Virus record (IMG/VR): IMGVR_UViG_3300027914_001438
Coordinates: 10,991-74,990 of that record
Length of the DNA: 64,000 nt
From: a virus
Taxonomy: Duplodnaviria > Caudoviricetes
Strand: one strand, 5' to 3'
Below are positions 8,152 to 18,252 of the stretch, in pieces. A program made the translations under genes and the position numbers. The notes beneath the pieces were generated by a model. It was given only the letters and a program-made list of their open reading frames with translations, had not been told where the DNA came from and did no database searches. How positions within the stretch are numbered: the first letter of the stretch is position 1; every line of letters begins with the position of its first letter.

Positions 8152-10025
8152 TGGCTTACAAGGAACCATACACAACGAGTGACGGCTTCAGTGCGATGAC
8201 CAAGGGCATGCACTCTGGGCTCGACCCGCTGTTGCTTGACTCCAACGGCCAGTACGCCTACGCGGTGAATTGCAGTACCCGCGGAGGGTACATACATACC
8301 CGCCCAGGGTTCACGAACCTCGGCACTCTCGGGTCAGGAAAGTTTCAGGGGGCGGGTGTCTATGCGCTGGACGAGGCAGACCACATGGCCTTTGCGATCT
8401 CGGGAAAGGTGTACGTGCGGAATGGTACGACTGGCGCGATAACTGAAATAACCGGGCACACACTCTCAATTACTACCACTCAGGTGTACTTCACACAGGT
8501 GTATCGCTGGATGGTCGTGCAGGACGGAGTGTCGCGCCCGATAGTTATACAGGAGTCCGGCGGATTATTCAGCCGCGTAGCGCGCGACGCCGTGTTGGAC
8601 GGCCCGCCTCCGACCGACGCAGAGCAGGCTCCGTGGGTCGCGCTACCGATCGGCACCATAGGGGCGTACGCCCACGGCCGTTATCACTTTGTCCCCAAGT
8701 TGGCCCCGGAATCTTTGCCAGAACTCGAGTTGAGTGACGACGAAAGCTATTACACGAATGCGGACGACGTCCCCGTTGACTCAGCAGAGTCCGGCCGGGC
8801 CTGCTTCATCAGCTCAGACGTACTCGACGTGCTTCAGCCAGCCGCCGTATTCCGCATGACCGAGCACCGCAGTCTCGATGAAGGCGGATGCTACGGGCTA
8901 CCGGCGGAACTTGGATTTATTCACGGAATGGGCGCGATGCGGGGGGCCTCAACCGGCACCGGCATCGGCTCCCTGTACGTGTTTGGTTCCCGCGGCGTTA
9001 GTGCATTCGAGGTATCCTCGCCGCGTTCGTCCATAGGCACAGAGAAGAGCTGGAAGGATATCGCCTTCTCGCAGGTCGCGTTCTATGGCGCCGGCACGTA
9101 CAGCCCGAGCTCTATCGTAAACGTTAACGACGACATCTGGTATGTCGACGCAAACAAGTATTTGCGCTCCATTTATTATGACAGCACTCAGCTGGGTTCT
9201 GCCGGATACGCCGGAGCCGCCCAGTTCAACACGACCAAGAGCTTCGAAACAGAGCGCTGGGTTCAGCTTACGACCAACGAGTATCGGCCGTACATATCCG
9301 CTGCGACCGCTAAGAACCGGCTGCATTGGGTTCTATGCGATGGTAGCGGGGTGTGCTCGCTCGACTTCGCGCAGGCGTATACCGCGATCCCCACGGAGAT
9401 CCCGCCGCTTCACGAGGGCATGTGGACCGGTTTCGATTTCAAACAGGTGCTGTCCCTCTGCGACTCGCTCCACGCAATTGTAGCCCAGGACGAAGACGTT
9501 TATCTGCTTCGAGCCGACGAGTCCCTGCACTCCGACCCGAACGACACCAGTATCGAATCTTTCATAGTCACAAAGATGTACAGCGGCCAGTATAATGAAA
9601 TGTATTGGCTGCATAGGACGAAGAATCTCTCGTATGTTGAGTTGCTAATAGCCGGTATTACCAGGCCGACAACTTTGGAAGTTTACTTTCGTCCCATACA
9701 TTACCCGACCTGGACGTTACTCGGTTCTCAGGAATTTAATGTTCCGGCCGGTTCCCCCGCCCAAGTGCGCGCGCGAGTAAAGTTTGCGGTTAATCCCGCT
9801 ACTATGTCCAATTGTAACTCCGTGACAAAAGAGGCGTTGTATTCCGGCCACGCGTTTCAGTTTATGATAAAGTGGACCGGACGTTTGCAGATAAACAGAT
9901 TTACTGTGGCGGCCCCCGTTGTCGAAGAGGCTCCGCGGGCGCAATGTCAAACTGATAACGCTAATTTAATACAGTATCCTGAAGAAGAGTTCCATGATTT
10001 CGATTACGTCTGCGAGATAGCATGA
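8151..10025 (+). CDS. Probable tail nozzle / tubular protein B-like (beta-propeller)
   Basis: 624 aa, beta-rich; N-terminal N...RGG.I.TRPGF motif reminiscent of podoviral nozzle/stabilisation proteins. Confidence 0.55.
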   Translation: MAYKEPYTTSDGFSAMTKGMHSGLDPLLLDSNGQYAYAVNCSTRGGYIHTRPGFTNLGTLGSGKFQGAGVYALDEADHMAFAISGKVYVRNGTTGAITEITGHTLSITTTQVYFTQVYRWMVVQDGVSRPIVIQESGGLFSRVARDAVLDGPPPTDAEQAPWVALPIGTIGAYAHGRYHFVPKLAPESLPELELSDDESYYTNADDVPVDSAESGRACFISSDVLDVLQPAAVFRMTEHRSLDEGGCYGLPAELGFIHGMGAMRGASTGTGIGSLYVFGSRGVSAFEVSSPRSSIGTEKSWKDIAFSQVAFYGAGTYSPSSIVNVNDDIWYVDANKYLRSIYYDSTQLGSAGYAGAAQFNTTKSFETERWVQLTTNEYRPYISAATAKNRLHWVLCDGSGVCSLDFAQAYTAIPTEIPPLHEGMWTGFDFKQVLSLCDSLHAIVAQDEDVYLLRADESLHSDPNDTSIESFIVTKMYSGQYNEMYWLHRTKNLSYVELLIAGITRPTTLEVYFRPIHYPTWTLLGSQEFNVPAGSPAQVRARVKFAVNPATMSNCNSVTKEALYSGHAFQFMIKWTGRLQINRFTVAAPVVEEAPRAQCQTDNANLIQYPEEEFHDFDYVCEIA

Positions 10026-10555
10026 AGAAGTGCGGAATATACGAAATATATAACGCCGCGAGCGGGAAGCGGTATATAGGGCAGAGCAATGATTTGCTGC
10101 ATCGTCGCTGGTTTCATTTTAACCGGCTGGCTCGTGGTATTCATCATAATAGTCACCTCCAGGCCGCGTATAACAAATATGGTGCCGACGTTTTCGAGTT
10201 TCGTGTGCTGGAAGAAGCCGAGGTGTCCGCGCTAACGGAGCGCGAACATTTTTGGATTTTAGAGTATAACACGATAGCTCCGGCCTTTGGGTATAACCTA
10301 TGCTTAGAGACACGCGAGCGGCGCGAGTTCTCCAGCGACACGTTAAAGAGGATGTCTGAGGCACACATAGGAATTAGGCACACTTCCGAGGCGCGCGCAA
10401 AAATGTCGGCTACGCGAAAAGGAAGAAAGCAGTCACCAGAACATATCGCGGCGCGGATATCTGCTAGAAAGAGCTATGCGGTATCCGGCGCTACGAGAAA
10501 GAAGATATCCGCGTCATTAAAACATCATTTTAAAACCAGAGGCGAAGCCTTATGA
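10022..10555 (+). CDS. Second GIY-YIG homing endonuclease (NUMOD3-like)
   Basis: CGIYEIYN...RYIGQS, HLQAAYNKYG..FEFRVLEE, FGYN; overlaps both neighbours by ATGA. Confidence 0.9.
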   Translation: MKKCGIYEIYNAASGKRYIGQSNDLLHRRWFHFNRLARGIHHNSHLQAAYNKYGADVFEFRVLEEAEVSALTEREHFWILEYNTIAPAFGYNLCLETRERREFSSDTLKRMSEAHIGIRHTSEARAKMSATRKGRKQSPEHIAARISARKSYAVSGATRKKISASLKHHFKTRGEAL

Positions 10556-11622
10556 ATCTCTACACCCTTCAAGACGCTATAAACGCAACCGCCCGCTTCG
10601 TCGAGAATGGCAGCGGCGCATGTGACCGGGACACGATGATTGACCGCGTGAACGAGGCCTGCGACCGGCTGCTGCAGGTTGGCGACTGGCCGCACAGTAT
10701 GATGATCGTTAGAGCGCGCGTTGACAACTGGACGTTCCCGCTCCCGAATGAGCTCGAGGCCATACGCGCGATCAACATCGACAATAACCCGTCCACTGTC
10801 AACAGTCCGTACTTTCGCTTTATGGCCTCCGGGCCGGGCGAAGAGCGGTCGTGGTGCGGTACCGGGTACAAGGACATCGACGAGATGGGTCTGTATCCGC
10901 TGATGTACGATCTGCCATCTATCGAGGAGCCGGCCGGCTGCAGGGAGACAGACAGGACGTTTACTGTTGACGGCCTGAACATAATGGCCTTCAGCACGTC
11001 GCCGGCCGATGTCAACCAGTGCATTACTCTGCAGGGGCTGGACAAGTACAACGCCGCTTTAGGCGCGACCGGGGCCGCCTTCACCCCGTCCGAGCAGGTT
11101 CGCATTACGCCTTGGGACGGCGGGTCAGAGGGGGCGCTCACGGCAGAGATAACGAACTACCCGATGTCCGAACGCATCTATCGTCAGATCACCGCGTGGA
11201 GCAAACCCGAAACCGCCGGGCACGTCTCTTTGTACGCCGTAGAGCCAACGACCGCCCGCATGTGGTTCCTCTGCAAAGCCGGTCCGTACGAGACGCGGCC
11301 GTTTTGGAGGCGATACCGACTGCGCGGACAAAACTGCAGCGCTTCGAACATCCTAATATACGGAAAGATGGCCAGCCGCAAGCTGCGCGCGTCGGACGAC
11401 ATTCTTCCAATTCAGAACATTCCCGCCATCAAGATGATGGTGCAGGCGATCGAGTTCGAGAACAAGCAGCAGCTAAATCAAGGCGTGGAGTTTGAAGCCA
11501 ACGCGATCCGGCTGCTGACGAATCAGAAGTCCAACCACGATTCACAGGGGTTCAACGTCCAGCTGATTGATCACGACGTCGATCTGATGGGAGCGAGTGT
11601 GAGCAGGTATATTTCGAGGTAA
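10552..11622 (+). CDS. Probable tail adaptor / tubular protein A-like
   Basis: Helical N-terminus (DRVNEACDRLLQVGDWP) plus a beta core; adjacent to the nozzle gene. Confidence 0.5.
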   Translation: MNLYTLQDAINATARFVENGSGACDRDTMIDRVNEACDRLLQVGDWPHSMMIVRARVDNWTFPLPNELEAIRAINIDNNPSTVNSPYFRFMASGPGEERSWCGTGYKDIDEMGLYPLMYDLPSIEEPAGCRETDRTFTVDGLNIMAFSTSPADVNQCITLQGLDKYNAALGATGAAFTPSEQVRITPWDGGSEGALTAEITNYPMSERIYRQITAWSKPETAGHVSLYAVEPTTARMWFLCKAGPYETRPFWRRYRLRGQNCSASNILIYGKMASRKLRASDDILPIQNIPAIKMMVQAIEFENKQQLNQGVEFEANAIRLLTNQKSNHDSQGFNVQLIDHDVDLMGASVSRYISR

Positions 11623-11625
11623 CCA

Positions 11626-13341
11626 ATGGCAACCGACATTGATAAAATTTATCAGGAGGAGCTGGGTCGGAATGCAGACCCTTCCGGGCGTGCCGCCTAC
11701 GCGGGCATGTCAGACGAGGATATTCGCCGGGCCATACGCGAGTCCCCGGAGTACAAGGGCAGAAGCTCCTCTGGCGGCGATAGCGATTCTTCTGGTGGAA
11801 GCGGCAGATCCGCCTCGGGCGCGTCCGGGCTATCTCCCCCCGGCACCTACGAGACCGGAGATTTATTCGACGATCCCGAGCACGAAATATCGCTGAATGG
11901 GAACCCCGAGGATGAGGACAGCCCTACAATTACATACCAGAATCTCGACCACATGTACATGGATGTTCTTGGTCGACACGTCACAGAAGACGATCTTGCC
12001 TGGGTTGATAATCAAACAAGCGAGCAACAGATTTTGCGGGGGCTAGTAACGTCAGCCGAGGCCAGGCAACGCGGCGTAGATCCGAACAATTACGGCATCG
12101 AAACAGTTGACCCAGAGACTTTGTCCGACGAACAGCGCCAGTACAATGACCTATATCGCGATACCTACGGCGTGAACATGACGCAGTGGGAGTTAGACAA
12201 CTGGGTAGACCACGGGACTATCGAGGCGTTTGAGTCCTCGCTAAACGGCGAGATAACTTACCTGGATACGCCGCTCGAGGGCGGTGGATACCAGCACGCG
12301 GCGGTGTATAGTCAGGCGGCATTGGACCGCACCGGTGGAGTGTTCACCGGGGACGGAGATGACCCCGGACAGATAGTCATACTCCCGGAAGGTACGGAGG
12401 TAGCCGGTGAAAACTGGGAGCAGGTAGACTCAGGAGATGGATATATCGCCCTCGTGGCCACTGGAAATCCTAGCGGCGGGATCTGGGAGGACTTGGGGTT
12501 TAAGGCAGACGATCTGCCAGACTGGGTTTGGGCGGGGGTGGACTACGTGGCCCCGGTCTTGCTGGCGCCTTCTACTTTCGGTGCCTCCCTATATTTTACT
12601 GGACAGGGCGCGGAACTGTTGGGGGGACAACAGGGACACGCGGCGGCAGGAGATTTTTACACTGACGCCCTCGGGTGGGAAGACCTCGACAGAGACTTAA
12701 ATATGATAACCTCGGCAGCCATAACTACGATGGCCACAATAGCTGGTTATGCCGTAGGGGGGCCGCCCGGTGCGGCGTTGTTCGCCGGAGGCGCCTCCGT
12801 TGGGCGACAGGTCTCCACGGCCATCGCGATGGACTTAGGCGGCTACGAAGTCGATTGGGGAGACGTGGCCGAGAACGCCGCGTGGACCATGGGAACTGCC
12901 GCACTGACCGCGGTAAATCCCCTACTTGGCGCTACAGCTTCCGCAGTGCGGGTGAAGACCGACGGAGGAACTTGGGGACAGGCGGGCGCGGAGTTCGGGT
13001 GGTCTTGGCTGTCCGGACAGGCCGGCGGAATGGTTCCCGGCGGAAGCTACATGGTTGATGCCGCGAGGTTGTGGCTCGACGACGACTACTCGGGTAGAGA
13101 CTTTATGTCGGACGCGCTCGGTCACTATTTGCAGGGGGCGCTGGAGAGCAGATACCCAGAATTTTCTGCCCCTAAATACGACACTTCGAACGACTATTTT
13201 TCGCCATATCAGGATTTGTCGGGTCGTCCGACTTCAGATAGGGTGCTTGCTCCTCTATACCCGTCAGCAGATTTTGGGGAGCGACCATATCTAGACGACG
13301 ACCTAGACTATTTGGCGAGAACAAGTGACTACGTGGTGTAA
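11626..13341 (+). CDS. Probable internal virion/ejection protein with DUF4214-like repeats and Gly/Ala-rich hydrophobic segments
   Basis: Repeats IYQEELGRNAD / MYMDVLGRHVT / LYRDTYGVNMT; glycine-zipper-like GxxxG helices. Confidence 0.5.
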   Translation: MATDIDKIYQEELGRNADPSGRAAYAGMSDEDIRRAIRESPEYKGRSSSGGDSDSSGGSGRSASGASGLSPPGTYETGDLFDDPEHEISLNGNPEDEDSPTITYQNLDHMYMDVLGRHVTEDDLAWVDNQTSEQQILRGLVTSAEARQRGVDPNNYGIETVDPETLSDEQRQYNDLYRDTYGVNMTQWELDNWVDHGTIEAFESSLNGEITYLDTPLEGGGYQHAAVYSQAALDRTGGVFTGDGDDPGQIVILPEGTEVAGENWEQVDSGDGYIALVATGNPSGGIWEDLGFKADDLPDWVWAGVDYVAPVLLAPSTFGASLYFTGQGAELLGGQQGHAAAGDFYTDALGWEDLDRDLNMITSAAITTMATIAGYAVGGPPGAALFAGGASVGRQVSTAIAMDLGGYEVDWGDVAENAAWTMGTAALTAVNPLLGATASAVRVKTDGGTWGQAGAEFGWSWLSGQAGGMVPGGSYMVDAARLWLDDDYSGRDFMSDALGHYLQGALESRYPEFSAPKYDTSNDYFSPYQDLSGRPTSDRVLAPLYPSADFGERPYLDDDLDYLARTSDYVV

Positions 13342-13346
13342 GCCCA

Positions 13347-13375
13347 TTTACTGTGGCTTTTTGGTGTGGTAATAT
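13347..13375 (+). promoter_or_regulatory. Sigma70-like promoter with extended -10
   Basis: TTTACT-17 bp-TAATAT with TGn, in an intergenic gap. Confidence 0.55.
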
Positions 13376-13400
13376 GAAATAGAGATTTAGGAGACGATTA

Positions 13401-14822
13401 ATGAACAACAACGGATTTAGTTGGGGCGGGGTACTTGACGCCACTATAGACTTTGGCATTGACCTGAGCGCGAGCATAGGTAGCGCGTTCCGCAATACCG
13501 CGGTCACCCTGAGTAATTTTTTGCCAGACGCCGGTGTTTTCGGAGGTTTTGGTGACGTTGTAGGCAACGTAATGTCGCCCGGAGCCCCTTTCGCTGAGGG
13601 CCACTCTGGAGGGAATATCTTCTTTGGCTACGACAACGCGGCGAGCACTCATTGGTATAACGACCCGGGGTTTGTTTATTCCGATAGCAGCGGAGATTTT
13701 CACCCCCTCGGACTAGCTGAACCTGGGAGCGCCGCGCCGGGGGACGCCGCACCGAGGAGCGCGAGGACAAAATCGAAATCTAAGCCCGGCTCGACGGACA
13801 GCGCTACCGGACGCTACGGCACTAATTTTTCGCTGGTAGAAAGGGTGAAACTTCCGGTGGGGGCGGAGGCAACTCCGGCCGGTACGGCTCTGGGTGCATC
13901 CGCCGCTCCGGTCACTCCTGTCGATTTGAAGATAGACCTTTCTGCCGGAGTCTCCGCAGAAACACTTCAGGCGGGTTTGGACAAGTGGGAAACCTTTTCG
14001 TCTTCCCTACCGGCTGAGTCCCGCGTCGGAGACGATTATACGTCGATGGAAACTGGTGTGCGGGGAATCGAGACGTCTTTATCGGAGCTTCGCATAAAGG
14101 CGGAGTCCGGTGGCGGTCCGATACAGCCAAACGACCTCACGCCACTCATAGAGAGCTTTAACGATATTGTATCCGGTGCGCCCGCACTCTCCGCGCCCGC
14201 GGCGCCAGCAGTCCCCGCCGCCGATCCGTTGCTGACCGAGATGGTCGGAACGCTCGAGGACCAGATAAGCACCGGCCTGGCAACGTACAACGACCTAACT
14301 GGAAAGTTGGTGCACGGAAGCGCAAGCGACACCCTCGGCACAAACATGCTGGTTTCCGGCGCTATGCAGAAAGTAGAGCTGGGGCGGAGACTAATTGCGG
14401 CCGGAAAAATAGAAGACGGCCTCTCCATGCTCATGTCGGCGCAGACAGATATAGCCCTGGCCGGATCCACCATGTCGGGGATAGTTTCCGAAGAGATCAC
14501 AGTCGGCGGTCGCAGAAAAACGAAGGGCGGCAAGGATCTGGGGATTGACTGGAAACTTGTGGGCGGAGTTGCCGGTCCCGCCCTGACTGCACTGGTTACA
14601 CTTGCGGGTTATTATATCGCAAAAGAATCCGACGAGTCCGCTCGTGAATGGACCGAAGACGAAAATCGAAGACAGCGGGAGTGGGAATCGAGGGAGAACG
14701 AAGCAAACCGCGAGAACGCCCTTGCGAGGGAGGAGCTGGCTGTAGAGGCGAGAAAGAAGGACGTCAAACCGGTGGGCGGAGCTGCTCCAGTCTCGATAGG
14801 TGGAGCTTTTGCCAGTAAATAA
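13401..14822 (+). CDS. Probable ejection protein (473 aa)
   Basis: G/S/A-rich, a late hydrophobic helix followed by a charged coiled coil; position in the ejection cluster. Confidence 0.5.
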   Translation: MNNNGFSWGGVLDATIDFGIDLSASIGSAFRNTAVTLSNFLPDAGVFGGFGDVVGNVMSPGAPFAEGHSGGNIFFGYDNAASTHWYNDPGFVYSDSSGDFHPLGLAEPGSAAPGDAAPRSARTKSKSKPGSTDSATGRYGTNFSLVERVKLPVGAEATPAGTALGASAAPVTPVDLKIDLSAGVSAETLQAGLDKWETFSSSLPAESRVGDDYTSMETGVRGIETSLSELRIKAESGGGPIQPNDLTPLIESFNDIVSGAPALSAPAAPAVPAADPLLTEMVGTLEDQISTGLATYNDLTGKLVHGSASDTLGTNMLVSGAMQKVELGRRLIAAGKIEDGLSMLMSAQTDIALAGSTMSGIVSEEITVGGRRKTKGGKDLGIDWKLVGGVAGPALTALVTLAGYYIAKESDESAREWTEDENRRQREWESRENEANRENALAREELAVEARKKDVKPVGGAAPVSIGGAFASK

Positions 14823-14834
14823 GGAGCGTGGTGT

Positions 14835-15584
14835 ATGGTCGCGAACAATGTAAATAACAATCAGGCAACCCGACCGGTAGTGCCCGACCCGGCCTCTGAA
14901 CAAAACGTAATGCCCGGCTTTGGCGGAGCTTCGCAGTGGGAGACGACGGAGCGGTACGTTTTGAGCGACCCTGTCGCGTCGCGAACCCCGGGAAACGAGG
15001 CTATCCCATTTGACCAGGCCGGAATTCCGACAGGCCCGCTGGGAGACAGCGTTAGCGCATTGTCCAAGTCTATCGAACAATTGTCAGAGGCCAACGCGTC
15101 AATGCTGCGTGGAGAAATACCGGCGGATGTTTCCGCGTCCGTTCGGCGCGCCGCGAGCGAAACCTCTGTGGCGGGCGGGGTGTTCGGAAGCGCGGGGCGG
15201 GCGTTGTCTGCCCGGGACCTGGGCAAAACTTCGTATGAGATAAAAAAACAGGGCCTCGCGGTACAGACAGCGGTTGTGGAAGCCAGAAGTGGCCTGTCAG
15301 AAATATATGAAAAGATACGCGAGTATGACCTATCGCGGAACATGGCACTTACAGAGTTGTCGTATAAAGCGAGAGAACTCAACCTTAGCGCGATAGAGCA
15401 AGAGCGCCAGAGGATCGCTACAAACATACAGGCCAACGTAAATATTTTGAGGATGCTGGCGGATCTTAAGATAGCGCAGCAAGAAATCAGTGTCACGGCG
15501 GCGTCCCAGGAAATAGATCCGGCCAATATCATGGCCTCGTTCGACTCGATGATCGCAGCCTTGAATGACAAGTTAATTTCGTAA
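14835..15584 (+). CDS. Probable ejection protein (249 aa)
   Basis: Helical/coiled-coil, AAGGAG SD, ejection cluster. Confidence 0.5.
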   Translation: MVANNVNNNQATRPVVPDPASEQNVMPGFGGASQWETTERYVLSDPVASRTPGNEAIPFDQAGIPTGPLGDSVSALSKSIEQLSEANASMLRGEIPADVSASVRRAASETSVAGGVFGSAGRALSARDLGKTSYEIKKQGLAVQTAVVEARSGLSEIYEKIREYDLSRNMALTELSYKARELNLSAIEQERQRIATNIQANVNILRMLADLKIAQQEISVTAASQEIDPANIMASFDSMIAALNDKLIS

Positions 15585-15595
15585 GGAGACATAAT

Positions 15596-18196
15596 ATGGG
15601 CTACCAATCTTATTCCCCCACAAGAGCCGCCTACCCGGACGTAAGCGATATCGGTTCTTCTATCATGGGCGGGCTCGCCTACATGGCCAGTTTACAGGAA
15701 TCCGCGTCTGCGCGCAGAAGCGAAGAACGCATGCGCAACGCCGAACTGCAGGCCCAAGTGTTTAAGTCAGATATGGAACTTCGAAAAAGTATGCTCGACG
15801 CGGCAGCTCGTCGCAAGAACGAAGACATAGATCGGGCGTCGGCCTTGCTCAAGCTCAAAACTGCGCAGATGGACTACGAGCAGCGCCACCGGGAGGTGCA
15901 GGACAAGTTTCAGGCGGCGCAAGAGGTTAAACGGCGCACCGAGTTCGAGCGGTCCCCGACCGCGCGGGCCCTCTTGTCCGGTTTGCAGCCCGGAGTCAAC
16001 GACGCTAAGTTTCTATTTAACTACGTCACTTTGAACAACAACACTAGCTTTTTGGACGTTATTACTAAAGGCACGCGAAAGTCTTTGGATCAACGGTATG
16101 AGGGCCTGAAAAAAATTAAGGTGACGCTTGGCGGAGTCGAGAAGAACGCGGAAGAGGTGGCCGCGGGACTCGGCAGCACTGATCGCGCTGCGCGGCTGTT
16201 TGCCGGCGCGTACTTCCTAAAGAACGGAGTTGGGCGCAGGGACTTAGTTCCATATCTTAACGACGTGGAACTCAAGAAGGCCGAACGCCTTTCCGAACTT
16301 GTGGACTATGACGGCACCGCCGCCATAAGCCCGGCAGACTTCAAGCAGTTTTACATGCTTCGCGGTCGCGTAAGAACGTACGCACAGCACGAAGCGGCCG
16401 GGCGGGAACTAACTGAGGACGACAAGAAGGCACGCAAGAAAGACGAAGCAGAGCTGGCAGCGTTTTCCGAACTGATAGGCAAGGATAAGCTGTCGATGTA
16501 CGAGGACTTTCTGTACGGTTCCGAAAAAGAAAATCCGGTGGAGAACGCCCAGACTCTCGTGGCGGGTCTTCCTAGCGAACGACTGGTACTTGGAACCCTG
16601 AACAAGCTGTTGTTGGCGGAACAGGGGAGGGGGCCTCTTTCGGAGAAGCTTGCAAAAAGCGGTTTGTCCCTTCCCGAATACGCGCGGCAGGAGCACAAGA
16701 GACTGCTCATCTTAGGGGACGAAATTGTAAAACTAGCGCAGCAAGGCACTCCCGACGCAGCGACGCAGATGACAAAACTTCTAGCCGATCCCGAAGTGGG
16801 GCTGAACACGCGCTTGAAACTGTACGGAAACAAAGCCCCGTATTTCCAGGAGCATATTTTTGGATCCACCAAACTCGGCGCTCGGTCATACAGCGAACGC
16901 GAGGCCTCGGACCAGAATAAGCGCCTCGCGCGCAATATGCTGGTCACCGAGGGCCGCACGCCCACTTCGCTTACCGAGCTGAAGATCCCCGGCCCGGGAG
17001 TGGACCGTCCGGTTATCTCGTTTGATGAGGCGCACATGGAACTGGCTAGACTCGATTCCGATCGCAGGCGTCTCTTGGAGCATGCCGGCTACAGGCCCAA
17101 CGCAGAGACATTACCGGATAGCTTCTTCGAAGACAAATCGGAGGACGGCGCGGTTTCGTGGGGCGACATGTGGACGAAGGACGACGAACAGCGCTATCAG
17201 CAGCTCGTAAAAGATCTTTCTCCGGCGGTTGTTCGAGATCCGGTCTTGGGTGTCTTTATCAAGTCGTCACAGTACGCCCGGGCGGCGGCTAAGTCGTTGC
17301 GGGACTCTCGCATGCCTACCAAGATCCTTGACGAGGTGTGGACTGGAGTTAGGAGTCATCCCGCGCACGTACTGGGATACCGCACACTGTCCGACTCGGA
17401 TGGCGCTACCGCCAGCAAGGCCCTGTCGCAGCAGTCCTCCTATATTACACAGGATACGTCAGACCTTATATTTGGGAACGCACTAAGTGGCACGTGGGGT
17501 GGCGGGATAGCCAAGTCCGTCAGTGTTCCGGAGGCCTGCATCTTAACTAGAAATCGCGCTCAGGGCGTTTTCTTAGATGACGACCTCGCGGCGCCTGGAA
17601 CTCGGGCGGCGGCGATTGTGGGGGGCGGTTCCACTCTAGCAACTATTGGCGTGGCCCCCGCGTTAAATAGACTAGGCTCACAACTCGACATGGCTTTACT
17701 AGAGAGACACGAGGCGGTGACAATTCCAGAGGTAATTCCTGGGGTGACAACACGCAATCAGCTCGTGCAACTAGGGCTGGCTCGCGGGGCCCTTCTGGAG
17801 GCCGCGGCCCTCGCAAATCCCAGCGCTCCGGCCTCGTCTTCGCGGGCCGCGGGCCGGCTCGTGTATGCGTACGACGCGCTGGAACAGTACAAGAAAGACT
17901 TGGGTGGCGGGGACTACGCGGAACGAAAAGCGGACCTCTCGCTTGTTTTCCGAGTTACTCCGGAGGACCGGGCATTGATAGAAACAAGAGTATACGATCG
18001 CCTAAAGTCTGCTGCGGAGGAGGATAAAGCTTTCATTGCTGCGACGAGAACACAACTGGAGAAGCGTGGCAAGACGCTGGAGGGTTACATAGCATTTCTC
18101 GATGCCGCTCTTGGGGTGAACTCGTGGGCTGCTTCGACGAAGTCCGGGGTGTACATGCCTATGGTCTATCGTGACAGCGCCCCAGCGGGCAAGTAA
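15596..18196 (+). CDS. Probable ejection/internal virion protein (866 aa)
   Basis: N-terminal IGSSIMGGLAY then a coiled coil; immediately before the giant protein. Confidence 0.5.
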   Translation: MGYQSYSPTRAAYPDVSDIGSSIMGGLAYMASLQESASARRSEERMRNAELQAQVFKSDMELRKSMLDAAARRKNEDIDRASALLKLKTAQMDYEQRHREVQDKFQAAQEVKRRTEFERSPTARALLSGLQPGVNDAKFLFNYVTLNNNTSFLDVITKGTRKSLDQRYEGLKKIKVTLGGVEKNAEEVAAGLGSTDRAARLFAGAYFLKNGVGRRDLVPYLNDVELKKAERLSELVDYDGTAAISPADFKQFYMLRGRVRTYAQHEAAGRELTEDDKKARKKDEAELAAFSELIGKDKLSMYEDFLYGSEKENPVENAQTLVAGLPSERLVLGTLNKLLLAEQGRGPLSEKLAKSGLSLPEYARQEHKRLLILGDEIVKLAQQGTPDAATQMTKLLADPEVGLNTRLKLYGNKAPYFQEHIFGSTKLGARSYSEREASDQNKRLARNMLVTEGRTPTSLTELKIPGPGVDRPVISFDEAHMELARLDSDRRRLLEHAGYRPNAETLPDSFFEDKSEDGAVSWGDMWTKDDEQRYQQLVKDLSPAVVRDPVLGVFIKSSQYARAAAKSLRDSRMPTKILDEVWTGVRSHPAHVLGYRTLSDSDGATASKALSQQSSYITQDTSDLIFGNALSGTWGGGIAKSVSVPEACILTRNRAQGVFLDDDLAAPGTRAAAIVGGGSTLATIGVAPALNRLGSQLDMALLERHEAVTIPEVIPGVTTRNQLVQLGLARGALLEAAALANPSAPASSSRAAGRLVYAYDALEQYKKDLGGGDYAERKADLSLVFRVTPEDRALIETRVYDRLKSAAEEDKAFIAATRTQLEKRGKTLEGYIAFLDAALGVNSWAASTKSGVYMPMVYRDSAPAGK

Positions 18197-18198
18197 CC

Positions 18199-18227
18199 TT
18201 GCATCCAGGTGACCAAGGTGCTATTAT
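18199..18227 (+). promoter_or_regulatory. Sigma70-like promoter for the giant gene
   Basis: TTGCAT-17 bp-TATTAT with TGn, then an AGGAGG SD. Confidence 0.7.
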
Positions 18228-18252
18228 AACGGAAGCACTCAGGAGGCTTTAG

